DNA of 63,413 bases, filler included, from Saprolegnia diclina VS20 (GCF_000281045.1; 7 parts of 3 records of this genome joined end to end with filler, not necessarily neighbours in it); one strand, 5' to 3'; shown: positions 1-13,606, counted from the first letter of the whole stretch. Numbers and translations are program-made. Notes: a model not told the origin generated them from the sequence alone.

Positions 1-3000
1 TGTATACAGGCTCCAAGAGGTGTCGTTGCCGTACCGCGTGCCACTACTCGATTAGTCGGCCACAGGATGCAATGGTTTGGATTTAGGAGCCCTCTCGGAG
101 CCTTCTCCCATGTACAGAAACGCGCCACAGAAAATTTGAGTGGAACACAAGCAATGGCAAGGAGGTCAAACGAGATTATGTGCTCGGGTCGGAAGGCGAT
201 TCGCGAATGACCTCCTCAAAACGCGCTTTTTACAGCCAACAGCCTCGGTGTACATAATGATGTCGTTTTGCCTGCAGCTGCCTTTCACGAGTCGTTTCGC
301 AGCTAAAGGAACCATGCAGCGCCATGATGCAATATCATTTGCAAGAGTGGAGACCGCAGCCGCTTCGTTTCGAAGGTCTCAAGGGTGGCAATGACAGCTT
401 TATGCCCATCACGACGTGCGCAGTGCTTGGCACTCGATAACAATTTTGCTGCACCAATCTCAAGGGAAGCTATGCTACAGTTGGACGCGGAGACTCGGTA
501 GAAGGTTGCAGCGCATATGGGCCTTTGTAATCGATGCCAACAAGCAGTTCTGGTGTAAAATCTCTCGTGTAGTGCGCGCTGGTTGGTGTAAGATGCCATC
601 AAATGGCACAGGACGCGTCGGACGCTGCTACACGCGTAACTAGCACCGCGAGCACCGACTGCTGCTGGACGAGAGCATTTCCGTTGCCTTGTGACGCACC
701 CACACTGCAGAATGCATGGCGCTGCTACTGAATAAGAGGTCGGCAAACACCGTGCTCGGTGTGGCGCTGCTGGCCGACACTTTAACGAACGGTCCGACAG
801 CGGCAACCGAGAGGTTCTTGTTGCCCTTGGCGATCTGCCGCAACGTCTCGTCGAGTGTCGCGACTGTTTTTGTCATGACAAGGCAGTATCGTTGCTTGTC
901 GAAAGAGTTGTGTTGTGGGTCCTGCACCGTCACAACTTGCTTGGTCATGTGGGTAGGGTTACTGGTTGGAATAGGCTTTGCACGGGCACCAACGGTCCAT
1001 GCTCCTGGTGGTCGCAGCACTGGCGTGGGCGGTCCACATAATTTTTCCCGTAGGTACAGAACCTATTATCGCAGTCCCACGAGACCATCGTTTCGATTCG
1101 CGCCACCGCAGTTTCAACGGGATTTTCAAGATGCTTAAACGTGGTATAGTTGGCTATATGTGGCGTGTGCCAATATTAAGGGTTCTGAGCATTGCTCGTA
1201 AAAGACGTCGCCACCGAAGACGTAGTATAGCGCGTTGTGCTCCCCAAAGCCTGTTCTATCGCTCGGCCAACTTGTGGTGACATTTTATTTTTCTTCATCT
1301 GGCTCATCGCGCGGCCTCGCCGTCGGCTCTTGGCCCTCGGCGCCCGAAATTCTGAATGATACACGCTGTTTTTAACTCTGTTTCGATATTCTGTTTCAAA
1401 ACAGAATATCGACAGAAGCCAATGCGCTGCCCGAGGGCCGGTACACTGTTCGTATATCCCTAGGGTCGGTACAACGGCGTCGTCGCCCTGCTGGCGACCG
1501 ACAGAACCCGCGCGGTCGCTCGCTTGTGTGACGTTGCCGTCATGGGCTACGCTCTCCGAGCGGTCACGACGTGGCCAAGATCTGTCGATACCTCTGGCAG
1601 GAGCATACACGTCACGATAAGAACGTATTTACAGAGTCAAGTAATACGAGCGATGGAGATGTTGCGACCGAGTGCAGCAGAAAGGACGCGGACACTGAAC
1701 ATCGCGTCTGCCTCGTGCAACGTTCTCCATGTCTCCTACAACAAGATACCATGTCGGCTGGGGTGCAAAGGCATTCTAGAGAGCGCTGCACGACGAGCGG
1801 GTGATGCGATAGCACAAAAGCCGCGGGAAGAGAGCAGCCTCTTATCTTGGGCAATACACGCGTGAGTGGCGGCGGAGGCTTCATTGTTTACGAGTCCGCC
1901 AATATCGCGAGCTTGGCCGATGGCGACATCCGCGTCAGTAGCGCCAAATGCCTCAAGAAGCCTTCATCCCGACCTGGTCCATATCGCGCGCCGCACATGC
2001 TTTGCGCGCTCGCGATGACGCCGGAGACCTAAAAGTGCCGAAGGGGTCAAAAGCCATAGCGACACAGGTGCCTAGTCGCTCGCCTAGACAAAAGAGACGT
2101 GAACGAAGTCTGGTGCCGCGCGCCAAACGCCAACGAGCGCCGCGCCGACGCCGTCAGAAAGTGGCCCGCGCACATCTTGCATCTGTGCCGTGGTCCTTGG
2201 GCGCGCACCCTACGTTGATGACTGCCAAGTGCTAGAAGTTTCAGCTCTGGCTTAGATCGGATCGAGAGCGTCAAGCATCTTGGCATGGTGCCGCCAGCAG
2301 TACCGGGGCTGGCTGCTGTATTGCAGGGGTTCGAGGCAAAAGAAGGACCTCGGCCACATGAGTTTCACCGTCCGCAGTCGACAGGACGCCCGCTTGCGAC
2401 CGCCCTGCCGTGCCGCGAGTGCGTAAGTCCAAGCAGAGTGCGTTACAAGCCTCTCATTCCCGTCGCTCGCTATGAAGTGATGGCTCTGGGCGTAGCAACT
2501 CTATGCATATTGCTAGGAAACATAACCTTGATCCAGTGGAAGAAGAGATCGTCGCTGCAAGTGCAGAAGACGCAGACTACGGTGTATCAACGTGGGCATT
2601 TGCTTATTGACGTTTTATGAGCGCTTTGTATTTGCAGCGGAACATTGCGCGCGCTGTACGACTGTAGCGGCGACGTTGCGTAGTCTGCTCCGCTCTTCAA
2701 AGTGACTTTTATCACTGTGCCAACTGTGGGCGATTCCATTTCAACCGTGATGTTGTTGGCAAGTGGCGTCGGCGTCGTGACGTCCTGGCACTAAGATGGC
2801 ACTACGATCTTAGTTTAGTGCGTCGTGCCTCTCAGATGGCACTACGATCTCAGTTTGGCGCGCATCTTGGATCGCGTCTCGCCACCGCTGCACGCCTCGC
2901 ACGTCAACGCGATCTCGCTTTTCGTACTCTCCCAAGCATCATCTACCACTCCGCCAAGTCCTGACGAATATGTTTTCAAACGTAAAGTGGTCGACGTTGC

Positions 3001-3954
3001 GATGGTTTGGATGAAGCGACGCCACGATAAAAACTGAAAAAGCGTCTCGCCAAGCTCGTCGTTGCTTACATGCTGTGAATCACAAACTCAGCGCTTTGAT
3101 CCTGCCTACGGTACCGCGATCGGTCCTGTCTGCGCCCTTGCGGACACCGCCAGGTGGCATAAACAGCTGACACAGTTTGTATTGTCCAAACCAGTCGAAA
3201 GAGTGCATATAGCGATATTCTAACGGTGCAATTGTGCACTTGGTCTTCAAAGTCTCCGTAGTGGTTTCGCCGCCTCCTTCTCGTGGCAGTATAATTCAGA
3301 AATCTTCATCCGACCTTCCTACATGTTTTATTTGCAGGTCATATTAACACGAACCAGATACAGCAGCTGCGTCCAACATCTCTTCGCCATCATCTCTGCA
3401 CAAAGCAGTCGAGATGTGACCCACGACAGTGGCCAAGCGAAAGGCGTGTTGATTCTTCCCAATGGAAAATGCATACAAGGGTCGATATGGACCAGATATC
3501 GATCAGCCAGTACACACTAGGCTTTTGGGAGTGAGCTAGATTTGGCTCGGGACCCCGTAGAAGCAATGCAGGAGCCTTGCATCTGCCCGACTTGGCACGG
3601 TAAATAGCAGCTTCACATCCATTTTGAGGCGAGATTTTCATTGAATCGTGGCAATACATGGCCACAGACGATGCCGAGAGTTGACATTGAGATTGATAAA
3701 TCCCAGCCCAACACGACGGGGTACAAGGCGACCAACATGAGAAGATTGCACAATTATACGTTCTATGCGCTCCTTGTGACTCTACACATTTCTGGGCTGC
3801 TCAAACAGCCTACTAGGCGCTGAATACTCAAAAGAGTATTCAGCGCCCCTCTCAAAAGTCTGAAACTGTCACTCGTCGACCAACTGCGTTGTAACATCTG
3901 GCGGTGTCGACCCGTTCGCTGTCGACGAGGCGGCGTGAGATTGGGAATTGACGG

Positions 3955-6900
3955 ATGCTGCCCACGTCGTGCGTGACCGAAGCTTCGGACGTTACTGAGC
4001 TATACCGCGATCTTGAGCGCAATGAAGCGATGGACGATGAAGCTGAAGTCGTCGACGCCACGAGCGACGAGGACGACCTTGGAGCGTGGACAATGTACAA
4101 CCTACTCTGGCGCGGCCATGTCAACGTCGTCAAGACGCGGCTCGAGTCTGGGACGTTCACGGAAGTGGACTTTCTGACAGCGGAAGAGTGCTATTTTGCC
4201 ATGCCGACCCTCGTACGTCCGATCTGTATCGGACGCCGTCGATTTTTTCATGCAACTGCATAGGGCAACAATGAGCCCTTTACATTTCTGGACACGGCCG
4301 CGTTCATGGGCCACGATGACATTGTCGGCCTCGCACTGGCACATACCGACTTTCGTCGTCTCAACAAGGTATCTTATCCGCCTCGTTGTCTTTTAGCTTG
4401 GCTCACCGCTTGGGCATAGTATGCGTCCAAGCCTCTTCTCTTGGGGGTCGTGGAAAAGCACAAGCGCGTCGTCCAGATCCTGCTTTCGTCGATCGCTGAC
4501 GAAGTGGACCTCGGCGCTCTACGCGACGCTGTACGCAACAATTGCCGTTGGTGGAATCGCTCACCCAACGTAGCGTGGGAGCCCCATCGTACATTATGTT
4601 GCTGAACACGAGGCCAACGAGATTCTTGCGATGCTCTTGGCCCACGGCGCGCCGGTCGATGCCACGACAGAGGTATATCTACCACTCTAAAGCGGGGAAT
4701 ACCATGTTGTAGCGCTAGGGCGACGACGGCGAAACTGCGCTTCACATCGCGGCTCGTCAAGGCAATGCGCGCGGGGTCGAGCTACTGCTGCAAGCTGGCG
4801 CCAACGCCGACGCTCGGTCCAAGGTCCAACGCTCGTGCTTGGGACGTGTGTTGATGGACGCACCTATGTAGTCGGGCAAGACCCCGCTGGACCTTGCTGT
4901 TGAGGCGTCAAACGACAAGGACACAGCCAAGCAGGTGCTTGAGTTGCTCTTTCTGGCTGGCACCGAGGTCAACGTGCCAGACGAGGTGCGGTATCCTGCC
5001 GCCCGAGTGAACAGAGTCGTAATTACGTAGGCAATGACGCCACGAGATGGCGTTCGCGGTATGCTGGCGGTCGAATCAGCGTTTCGAACGAGCTTTCCGC
5101 TACACTGCATTGCACGCAACGGCGATGACACCGAGTTTGCAAGCTGGGTGCGTGACCAGTACGCAGCATCCCTGCCCTCGCCGCAGCAGTGGCAAGGCGA
5201 GTTCCGGAACGACGCAGACGACGAAGGGGAGCAGCCCTTTCAATGGAACGTTCAACTTGTGCCCGTGCCACACGAAGCGTGCTATCGCTTCGTGGGCAAT
5301 GGTGTTGATGCCGATGGTCGACCGTTTGTCCTTGGCGGCCACTGGAGCGACGAAGGATTTTCTGCGGAAAAGAGGTATGAGTGCCGCCCGCCGGCTTACT
5401 TCCACGGCCACATGGACGCCAGCACGGGTGTTGTTTGCGGTTCGTGGACTTGCCTTCTATCGTGGGTCGGCTTGATGAAGGGCCGCTATACGTTCAAGCT
5501 CGACGTGCCGTGGCAGCTCTGTCCTGCATGCAACAGTGCGATGATGCCTCAAGCTACCACCAGCTGCGTCGGATGCCTCCCCGAAGGGTACAACTCGGAC
5601 GTGTCCGAAGCCACAGCTGAGGACGAGCTCACTGGCCTCGAAGAGATTCAAGAGAGTATCGCGAGTGAAATGACGCGTCCAGACGAGGTCGTCTTGTGAG
5701 TATGACGCATCGTACTGAAACGTTCTGTGTAGTATGGTCGCACCGCTCTCATGTACGCAGCGAGAGAAGGCCACGCTTCGATCCTCCGCGCGCTCTTGTT
5801 TTACTGCGACGAAGACGCGTGCAGCCTCACCGACAAGGTACCCAAATTGTATGCGATGTCATGTAAAGCACGACGACCCTAGGATGGCAAGACGGCACTG
5901 GACTATGCGCTGCGTCGCAGGCTCGTATGCGCATCGAACGTCGAGTGCAAGAGCAACCACGGTACGCTAGCGTGCATTGCACTGCTGGAGCGCGCCGACA
6001 CGGCCGACATGGAGCCGTCCCGAATCGTTGGTCACTGCATCATTTTGTTCGATGCTGCTAACACGACGATTGTTGTAGCCAGGCACGCTCGTGCACACGC
6101 GCCGCGGCGGCCAGTGCAATGGCGACTGCGTCGAGTCGCTGGATGAGATCAACTTGTCGGTGCTGGCCGGGCGAAACGAGTGGGGCCGCATTTCCGAGCT
6201 TCTCGCAACACCACTGTCCTTCGAGACGCTGCACAAACCGAACGACCGTGGCGTCTCTCTGTGGTATCACGCCCTCGCCAACGGCAAGTCGGATCTCGTG
6301 GCGCTGCTCGTCAAGCAACCCCACATTGACGTGCATGAGCCGTTCCCGGTACGTGTTTGGACATACCAAGTGCAATGTCATAGCCATTTCAATAGAACGG
6401 ACAGTATCCTCTGTGCCTCGCGGCGGACTGGTGCCGCATCGAGTGCGTGCGCGTCCTCCTCGATGCCGGGGCTCACCCTCTACGACTCATCTCGCCCAAA
6501 CACGCCGACTACGCAGAGTTTCGCAAGACGCCGCTCGCAATCATCCGAGACTCAGATGCGTTTCACCTGATCCACGCCAAGACCGACCTCCTGGAGCAGT
6601 ATCCGCTCTACTACCTCGCGCGTGTTCAGAACTGCGCGCAAGCAGCTGCTTACGTCCAGGCACAGCAGTCGCCTATGCATGTCGCCATCTCGACGCAACT
6701 ACCCATCTCGGTGCTGTCTGAGATCATCGACGAAAGTCCCCACGATGTCAATGCTCAAGACAAGGTATCTTTGGTACGCTTGCTGCGATTGAACCCTTTT
6801 CCGCTTGTTTATAGAATCAAGAGACACCGTTGATGGTTGCTTCAAAGATGGGCCTCGTCGACCATGTCGACGTGCTTGTCAACAACGAAGCCGGCGTCGA

Positions 6901-9498
6901 CCTCACCAACAACGTTCGTAGCATCGTTAATTCCTTTGTAACTCATTCATGCCTTGGTAGCATGGCCAAAGCGCGCTCATGATGGCAGCAATGGGTGGCC
7001 ACGTCGCCATCGTCGATCATCTCCTCGAGAATATGGCCGACATTGGCCTCCGTGACGCTGACAACAAGTCCGTGTTCGATATGCTCCAGTCGCACATCAC
7101 GACGTACCTCGCGGGTCGTTCGTCCCACGAGCGCGTCAAGAGCCCGTATGTGCAGATCCAGGAAGCAATTGAGAAGGAGGTTCGCGACAGCAAGACGTCG
7201 ATGCAGTACCGCGCCAAGCTCGCGGCGTCGCTCGCCGACTTGACGGCCAAGACGGCGTTTGACCGCAACGGTTTTGCCAAGGCCATCAACTGCGCGCCCG
7301 AGCTCGGTGTCACGTTTCTCAACGACTGCGTCACCATGGACCGCCACGACGTTCATTTCACCAAACTCGACCTTGTCTACGGCAAGCACGTCACGGGCAG
7401 TGCACTCCACGCGCTGCTCAACATGGAGACGGACGACCCAGATCTTATTTTCGAAGCCAAGTCCAAGTGCTTTGAGCACGTGACGATCCGCCGCATCCTC
7501 GAGATCAAGTGGGAGCTGTTTGGCCAGCGCAAGTTCCTCGAGATGCTCTTCATGTACCTCGTCCTGCTCGTGAGCATGACCGTCTCGGCGGTGCTCTTCC
7601 ACGAGGATGACACGCGCCTTCACGCAACGAGCGTCGAGGTGCTTCTCGGTGCTCTTGTCGTCTCTTTGGCCGTTGTTGGCTGTGTTGCGGTGCAGGCGCT
7701 GCGCCCGCAGACGCTCTGGCGCCTCTCTCGGTACCACTATGATGGTAGTCTCGAATTTGATCCAGAGCTCGACATCCCGGACCTCGGGCGCCACAAGGCG
7801 GCGGCCAAGCGCTGGCTCAAGCTCGGTGTCTTGATTGGGACGCTGCTTCTCACTGGTCTCCTTGTCGGTCTCATGGTGGTGACGTCATCCATCTCATTCT
7901 TTCCAGTCGTCAACAACGTGGTATTGGCGGTCGCAGCTATCTACTTTGTTCTCAACGAGTACCACGAGGCCCACGGCGACCTCCACACGTACCTCGCGTC
8001 GACCATCAACGTCATCCAAGTGAGCATGTACATGCTGATTCTGGTCGTCTTCTTGCCCATGCAGCTCAACTGGTTCGACACGCCCGACCAGATTGAGATT
8101 GCAGTCGGGAGTGGCATCACACTCACGCTCTGGATTCTGAGTCTCCAGTTTCTCGAGGTTGAGGCGAGCGCGAGCTACCTCCTGCCGATGCTCTCGGGAC
8201 TGCTCAAGGACCTATGGAACTTCTTCCTTTTCTTTGGCGTCTTCCAGATCGGAATCACAGTCACCTTCTTCCAGCTCTACAAGGCGACGGACAGCGACGA
8301 CTTCAACTCGCTCAGCGGGTCGTTCTTGACGTCGTACTTTGTCGCGTTTGGCCAAGTGCCCACCGGTGCAATGGGCGCCTTCACCAATGACGACACCAAG
8401 TCGATCGACGGCTACGACTGGATCTTGTACGTCTTTGCGGTCGTCATGATCATGGCGCACTCGGCGGTCGTCGTTCTCTTCCTTCTCAACTTGCTTGTCG
8501 CCAACATGAACAAGACGGTGGACGGCGGTCTCGAGAAGGCCAAGACCGAGGCACTCGCAGCGTACGCGCAGTGCATTCTGCGACTCGAAGAGGCCATGAA
8601 CTCCTCACCACAGGAGACGCAAGACCTCATCTACTTTATCCCGCCGACACCAACCTGCGATGGGAAGCTCAACCCGATCTTTACTGCGTCCATGCCCAAG
8701 TCGTACTACAGCATCACGCCTGAGGTCGAAGCTGCCATTGCTACGCACGAAGCGCAACAGACGTCGTGGATGGTGGTGACCAAGACGATCCAAGGCCAGG
8801 TGACGTCGGCGTTGACTGCATTTGAAGACGGGCTCCGCGACGTGGCGCATTTTACCGACGTGGACATTTCGGTTGTCTTTGCCAAGGAGCTGGCAGCCAT
8901 TGAAGCTACTCGGTCGTCGCTGGACACCGTGTTTGTCTCGATGCACAAGAGCCGCGGGCAGCAAGACCAGAGGAAGCTGCTTGGTCGTTTCCAGAAGACG
9001 GTGGTGCGCGAGCTCACCGTCCTTAAACGACAACTCGATCAGGTCGGCGCCGTCGCGACCGTCGACACCGTCGCGAACGACGAGCACGCGCGCTGCGTCA
9101 TCTTGTACAAGCTTACGCGACGTTCGTCGATAGCGAGCGATTTTGAGGTGCTCCAGGCGCATACAAGCGCTGTCTTTGACGACGCCGTGGCGAACGTTGC
9201 TGCTGTGGACGCTGACGCTGATGGCAAGGACTCGTCGAGTGCGCTCCTCACCGAGATGCAAGAGTTGATGGAGGCGCAGACCGCCTCAGCAAAGGCCGCG
9301 ATGGCAGCCATGGAAGCGAAGAACGCCAAGACCATCCAAGATCTCAACGCCGAGCACGCAAAGATCAAGGACGAACACGCTGCGCTCATCGACGCCATGA
9401 AATTGGAGAACGCCGAGGCCATCGCGGTGATGCAGAGCCAGCTTCAAACGCTCTTGAGCGCTGTCCAGACGCTCGTGCCGGCAGCTTCGGACACGTAG
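3955..9498 (+). CDS. Multi-exon ankyrin-repeat TRP-like cation channel
   Basis: Short GT-AG-bounded exons encode ankyrin repeats (GETALHIAARQGNARGVELLLQAGANAD, SGKTPLDLA, YGRTALMYAAREGH, DGKTALDYA). The large last exon (to 9498) has several TM helices, a pore-like segment (FNSLSGSFLTSYFVAFGQ), an S6-like LFLLNLLVANMNKT and a C-terminal coiled coil. Start codon (3955 or 4030) and exact exon chain are uncertain. Confidence 0.75.
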
Positions 9499-9751
9499 GA
9501 CGACTGATGCGCCTCCTTTGGTTGCCATTGTACGACGCACAATGTGTTTGCATTTTGAATTTTATACGTTTCCACAATTGTTTACTCTGTAATATTCGCT
9601 AGCCGAGAGTGTATAAACATAACTTGGAGACACTACATAGAAAAATGACAACAAAATCGTCTGCATTTGAATGGAGCATTATGGCAGAGGCAAAAACAAA
9701 AGTGTCAACACCAGCACGGGATACAGTAAGCTCCAGCATTATCGCGAGAGC

Positions 9752-11128
9752 TTAGCATGCGGGCTTGGCGCGGCGCGGGATCACAACCGAGTCGAAGAGC
9801 GTCGTCGTCTCACCGTTGGCGCGGAAGTGGATCGTGATCTTGTCATCGTCGGCAATCACACGCGACGCACCATAATACGAGTCAGTCATCGACTTGGACC
9901 ACTCGGGGATCGGCGAGATCGCGCCTTGGTAGAGGCCGTGGCCGCCGGTGCCGACCGTGATGTACACCGGGGCGCCCTGCGTGATCTTGTTCTTGAAAAT
10001 GGGCGCCGTGCGTTCGTAGCAGTGCACGTGGCCGGCCATGACGGCGTCGACGCCGTACTGGTAGTAGAGGTCCTCAAACTTGGCCTGGAGACTGCAGTGG
10101 GGCTCGTCGCGGACGTCGCCGAGCTTGCCGCCGGTGGCGGTCGAGTTCATGTAGTAGTTGCCCTTCCAGCACTCCTCGACGTCGTTGATTTCAAACTTGA
10201 CCGACGAGCACTGGCACTGGTGGCGCACCCACGAGTTGTAGTACGGGTTGTGCTTGAAGACGATGAGGTACGGCGTCGTCTCGCGGTTAACGCTTGCGAG
10301 GTCCTTCTTGAGCCAGTCGAGCTGCTGGTTGCGGTGCGTGAACCAATACTCGGAGCCAATGTTGTTGTCGCCGAGGATACCCGTGTAGTCGTCGAGGAAG
10401 ACAGCGTGGATGTTGCCAATGTTCTTCGAGTACCACGTGCGGTGGTCCTTGGTCGCGTCAGCCGAGATCGGCGTAACGATGCGGTTGATGTAGCCCGAGA
10501 ACATTTCAGCCTTGCACTCAGGGCGGGTGTAAATGACACCATCGCCCTCAATGACCTCGTGGTTGCCCGTGATGCCAAGCAGCGGCACCTTGGAGAAGAG
10601 CGGCTGCGTCGCGTCGAGCCACGTGTCCCAGTCTTCGTGGCAGCCGTTAGCGTACGACCAGTCGCCGGCAATGATGACGGCGTCCGGCGTCGTGCCCTTG
10701 AGGTCACTGCCAAGGTTCGAGATCGTGTCCTGAATGTGCTCGATACCGACATCACCAACGACCGAGAGCACCGTGGGCTTGGACGCCGCGGGAATCGACT
10801 TGAAGGTGCCCGAGTAGTCGCCGACGGCGTACGAGTACTTGGCGTTGGCCTGGAGGTCGCAGAGCTTGGCCGAGTGAATGTTGGGCGACGTGTACGAGTA
10901 ATTGGTTTCCTTGATCTCATACCGGTTGATGGTCGACGTCGCCGACTTGTCCGTGTTGCCAACACCGTACTTGACAGAAAGGGGGGTCGCCGAGTCGCTC
11001 GCAAAGGTCACGGTGACACCGTCCTTGCAGCCGACAGCTTCCGACGAGAGACCGACGTGGACCTGCGAGACTTTGGCGGCGGCCGACCCGAGAAGGGTCA
11101 GACCGGCGAGGCACTTGGAGAGCTGCAT
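9752..11128 (-). CDS. Secreted purple acid phosphatase, copy 1
   Basis: Signal peptide, FN3-like N-domain and all five PAP metal motifs: GDVG, GDWSY, GNHE, VFKH, GHVH. Intronless, 458 aa. Confidence 0.92.
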   Translation of the reverse strand: MQLSKCLAGLTLLGSAAAKVSQVHVGLSSEAVGCKDGVTVTFASDSATPLSVKYGVGNTDKSATSTINRYEIKETNYSYTSPNIHSAKLCDLQANAKYSYAVGDYSGTFKSIPAASKPTVLSVVGDVGIEHIQDTISNLGSDLKGTTPDAVIIAGDWSYANGCHEDWDTWLDATQPLFSKVPLLGITGNHEVIEGDGVIYTRPECKAEMFSGYINRIVTPISADATKDHRTWYSKNIGNIHAVFLDDYTGILGDNNIGSEYWFTHRNQQLDWLKKDLASVNRETTPYLIVFKHNPYYNSWVRHQCQCSSVKFEINDVEECWKGNYYMNSTATGGKLGDVRDEPHCSLQAKFEDLYYQYGVDAVMAGHVHCYERTAPIFKNKITQGAPVYITVGTGGHGLYQGAISPIPEWSKSMTDSYYGASRVIADDDKITIHFRANGETTTLFDSVVIPRRAKPAC

Positions 11129-11143
11129 CGTTGAGGCAAAGGA

Positions 11144-11162
11144 GGCAAATTGGAATATGAAA
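11144..11162 (-). promoter_or_regulatory. Oomycete Inr/FPR core promoter of PAP copy 1
   Basis: Minus strand reads TTTCATATTCCAATTTGCC about 15 nt upstream of the ATG, resembling the oomycete TCATT..CAWTTT element. Confidence 0.55.
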
Positions 11163-12095
11163 GTTGCTGGCGTCGATCCGCGGCTTGGGTATGTTTTCGC
11201 TGCGGAAGGAGCCTACGACAAGAAGCATCTTGACGCTGCATCTGCGCACGAGACAGCGATCGAGGGCTAGCGTTGTGCACAGTGCATAGTACTCGTACTT
11301 GGGAGGGTTCCTGAGGAATCGCAAGCGTGGTCTTGGCGTCTTGAGTCCCACGGGGGTGGCGTAGACGATGATGATGATACTACCTAGCGTGCGAAGTGGT
11401 CGTATGGAAATGACTTTGCAGATTTCACAGTCTACTTTCGAGTATGCGTTGGAATCAAAGGAATCTGCGGTGCGGGTGTTGGGGGATCCGTCGGTTTCAA
11501 CAGTAACACATGTTTGACGCCATATGGCGACCGGTGGATCGTGACGTCGTCGATCGTCGTGCCGCGTCAGATGGGTGTACCGACGAACAAGCAAAACAAA
11601 CGCTCGACAAAGTGCATCTGATAGTGCGCGGTACTAGAGTGCGTCTCAGTGACATAATCAAGACACTCGAGCCATGTAAATGAGACGCGCGCAGATTCCA
11701 TTGCACTGGCACCGCGCACAATGATGCTACTGCTGGAGATATTAGAGCAATAGACATCAAGACAACTTGTCCACACGTTGAAACTACATAGACTACCTAT
11801 ACTAAAGATTGCTTGCTTGTTCGTGATGACTTTGTCGTGTCGTGGTATGCTCCGCCACCAGCCTTCGAGCCTCTCGACGCCAAGTGAAGCTTTTTGGATC
11901 ACCATTTTCCATGTTGATCCGCATGTAGTGCTGCTTTGAATCCGTCGGTTGCTCTAGCATTGCACTTCGTCTTTGACTCATTGACCCAGTAAAATCGACT
12001 TGGTATGTGTGGCACAAGTATAGTCTTAACAGCTTTACAACAGTAGAGACAAAGGGAGGCGCGATACACTAGATCTCCAGTTCCGTCCTTGCAGC

Positions 12096-13591
12096 TTAGC
12101 ATGCGGGCTTGGCGCGGCGCGGGATCACAACCGAGTCGAAGAGCGTCGTCGTCTCACCGTTGGCGCGGAAGTGGATCGTGATCTTNNNNNNNNNNNNNNN
12201 NNNNNNNNNNNNNNNNNNNNNNNNNNNNNNNNNNNNNNNNNNNNNNNNNNNNNNNNNNNNNNNNNNNNNNNNNNNNNNNNNNNNNNNNNNNNNNNNNNNN
12301 NNNNNNNNNNNNNNNNNNNNNNNNNNNNNNNNNNNNNNNNNNNNNNNNNNNNNNNNNNNNNNNNNNNNNNNNNNNNNNNNNNNNNNNNNNNNNNNNNNNN
12401 NNNNNNNNNNNNNNNNNNNNNNNNNNNNNNNNNNNNNNNNNNNNNNNNNNNNNNNNNNNNNNNNNNNNNNNNNNNNNNNNNNNNNNNNNNNNNNNNNNNN
12501 NNNNNNNNNNNNNNNNNNNNGTAGAGGTCCTCAAACTTGGCCTGGAGACCGCAGTGGGGCTCGGCGCGCGTGTCACGAAGGGGGCCGCCGCCCGTTGTCG
12601 AGTTCATGTAGTAGTTGCCCTTCCAGCACGACTCACGGTCCGCATCTTCAATCACAAACTTGGTCGGTGAGCACTGGCACTGGTGGCGCACCCACGAGTT
12701 GTAGTACGGGTTGTGCTTGAAGACGATTGTGTACGGCGTCTTCTCGCGGTCCACGGACGCAAAGTCCTTCTTGAGCCAGTCGAGCTGCTGGTTGCGATGG
12801 CGGAGCCAGTAGTCAGAGCCAATGTTGTTGTCGCCGAGGATACCCGTGTAGTCGTCGAGGAAGATGGCGTGGATGTTGCCAATCTTCTTCGAGTACCACG
12901 TGCGGTGGTCCTTGGACGCATCGGCCGAGATCGGCGTCACAATGTGATTGATGTACGCCTCAAACATCTCCCCCTTGCACTCAGGACGGGTGTAGATGAC
13001 ACCGGTGCCCTCAATGACCTCATGGTTGCCCGTGATACCAAGCAGCGGCACCTTGGAGAAGAGCGGCTGCGTCGCCTCGAGCCACGTGTCCCAATCTTCG
13101 TGGCAGCCGTTGGCGTACGACCAGTCGCCCGCAATGATGACAGCATCCGGCGTCGTGCCCTCGAGATCGCTGCCAAGGTTCGAGATCGTGTCCTGGATGT
13201 GCTCGATGCCGACATCACCAACGACCGAGAGCACCGTGGGCTTGGACGCCGCAGGGATCGACTTGAAGGTACTGGAAAACTCCTGGACAGCGTACGAGTA
13301 GTGCGCACTGGGCACCAAGTTGCAGAGCATCGCCGTGTGGAGATTGGGCGACGTGTACGTGTAGTTGGTGTTCTCGACCTTGTACGTGTTGATGGTCGTC
13401 ATTGCCGACTTGTCCGCGTTGCCAACGCCGTACTTGACCGTCAACGGCGTCGACGCATCGCTGGCAAACGTGACCGCAACACCGTCCTTGCAGCCGACGG
13501 CTTCGGACGAGAGACCGACGTGGACTTGCGAGACTTTGGCGGTGGCACTGGTGAAAAGAGCGAGGCCAGCGAGACACTTGGAGAGCTGCAT
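12096..13591 (-). CDS. Secreted purple acid phosphatase, copy 2 (spans gap 12186-12520)
   Basis: Near-identical to copy 1 (MQLSKCLAGL..., GDVG, GDWSY, GNHE, VFKH). The 3' end ...RRAKPAC* is recovered on the far side of the gap. Confidence 0.88.
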
Positions 13592-13606
13592 CGTTGCGGC
13601 AGAGGA

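Noticed and set aside
640..1138. Overlapping ORFs on both strands near the window start
   Set aside because: No recognisable motif or splice pattern, so no gene call can be supported.
2794..2856. Two 23-bp repeats (AGATGGCACTACGATCTYAGTTT) at 40-bp period, CRISPR-like
   Set aside because: Only two units, eukaryotic context and no cas genes; a simple local duplication.
9671..11134. Long antisense ORFs (also 17318-18835, 29113-30573, 33255-34838)
   Set aside because: Shadow frames opposite GC3-rich real genes, with no motifs.
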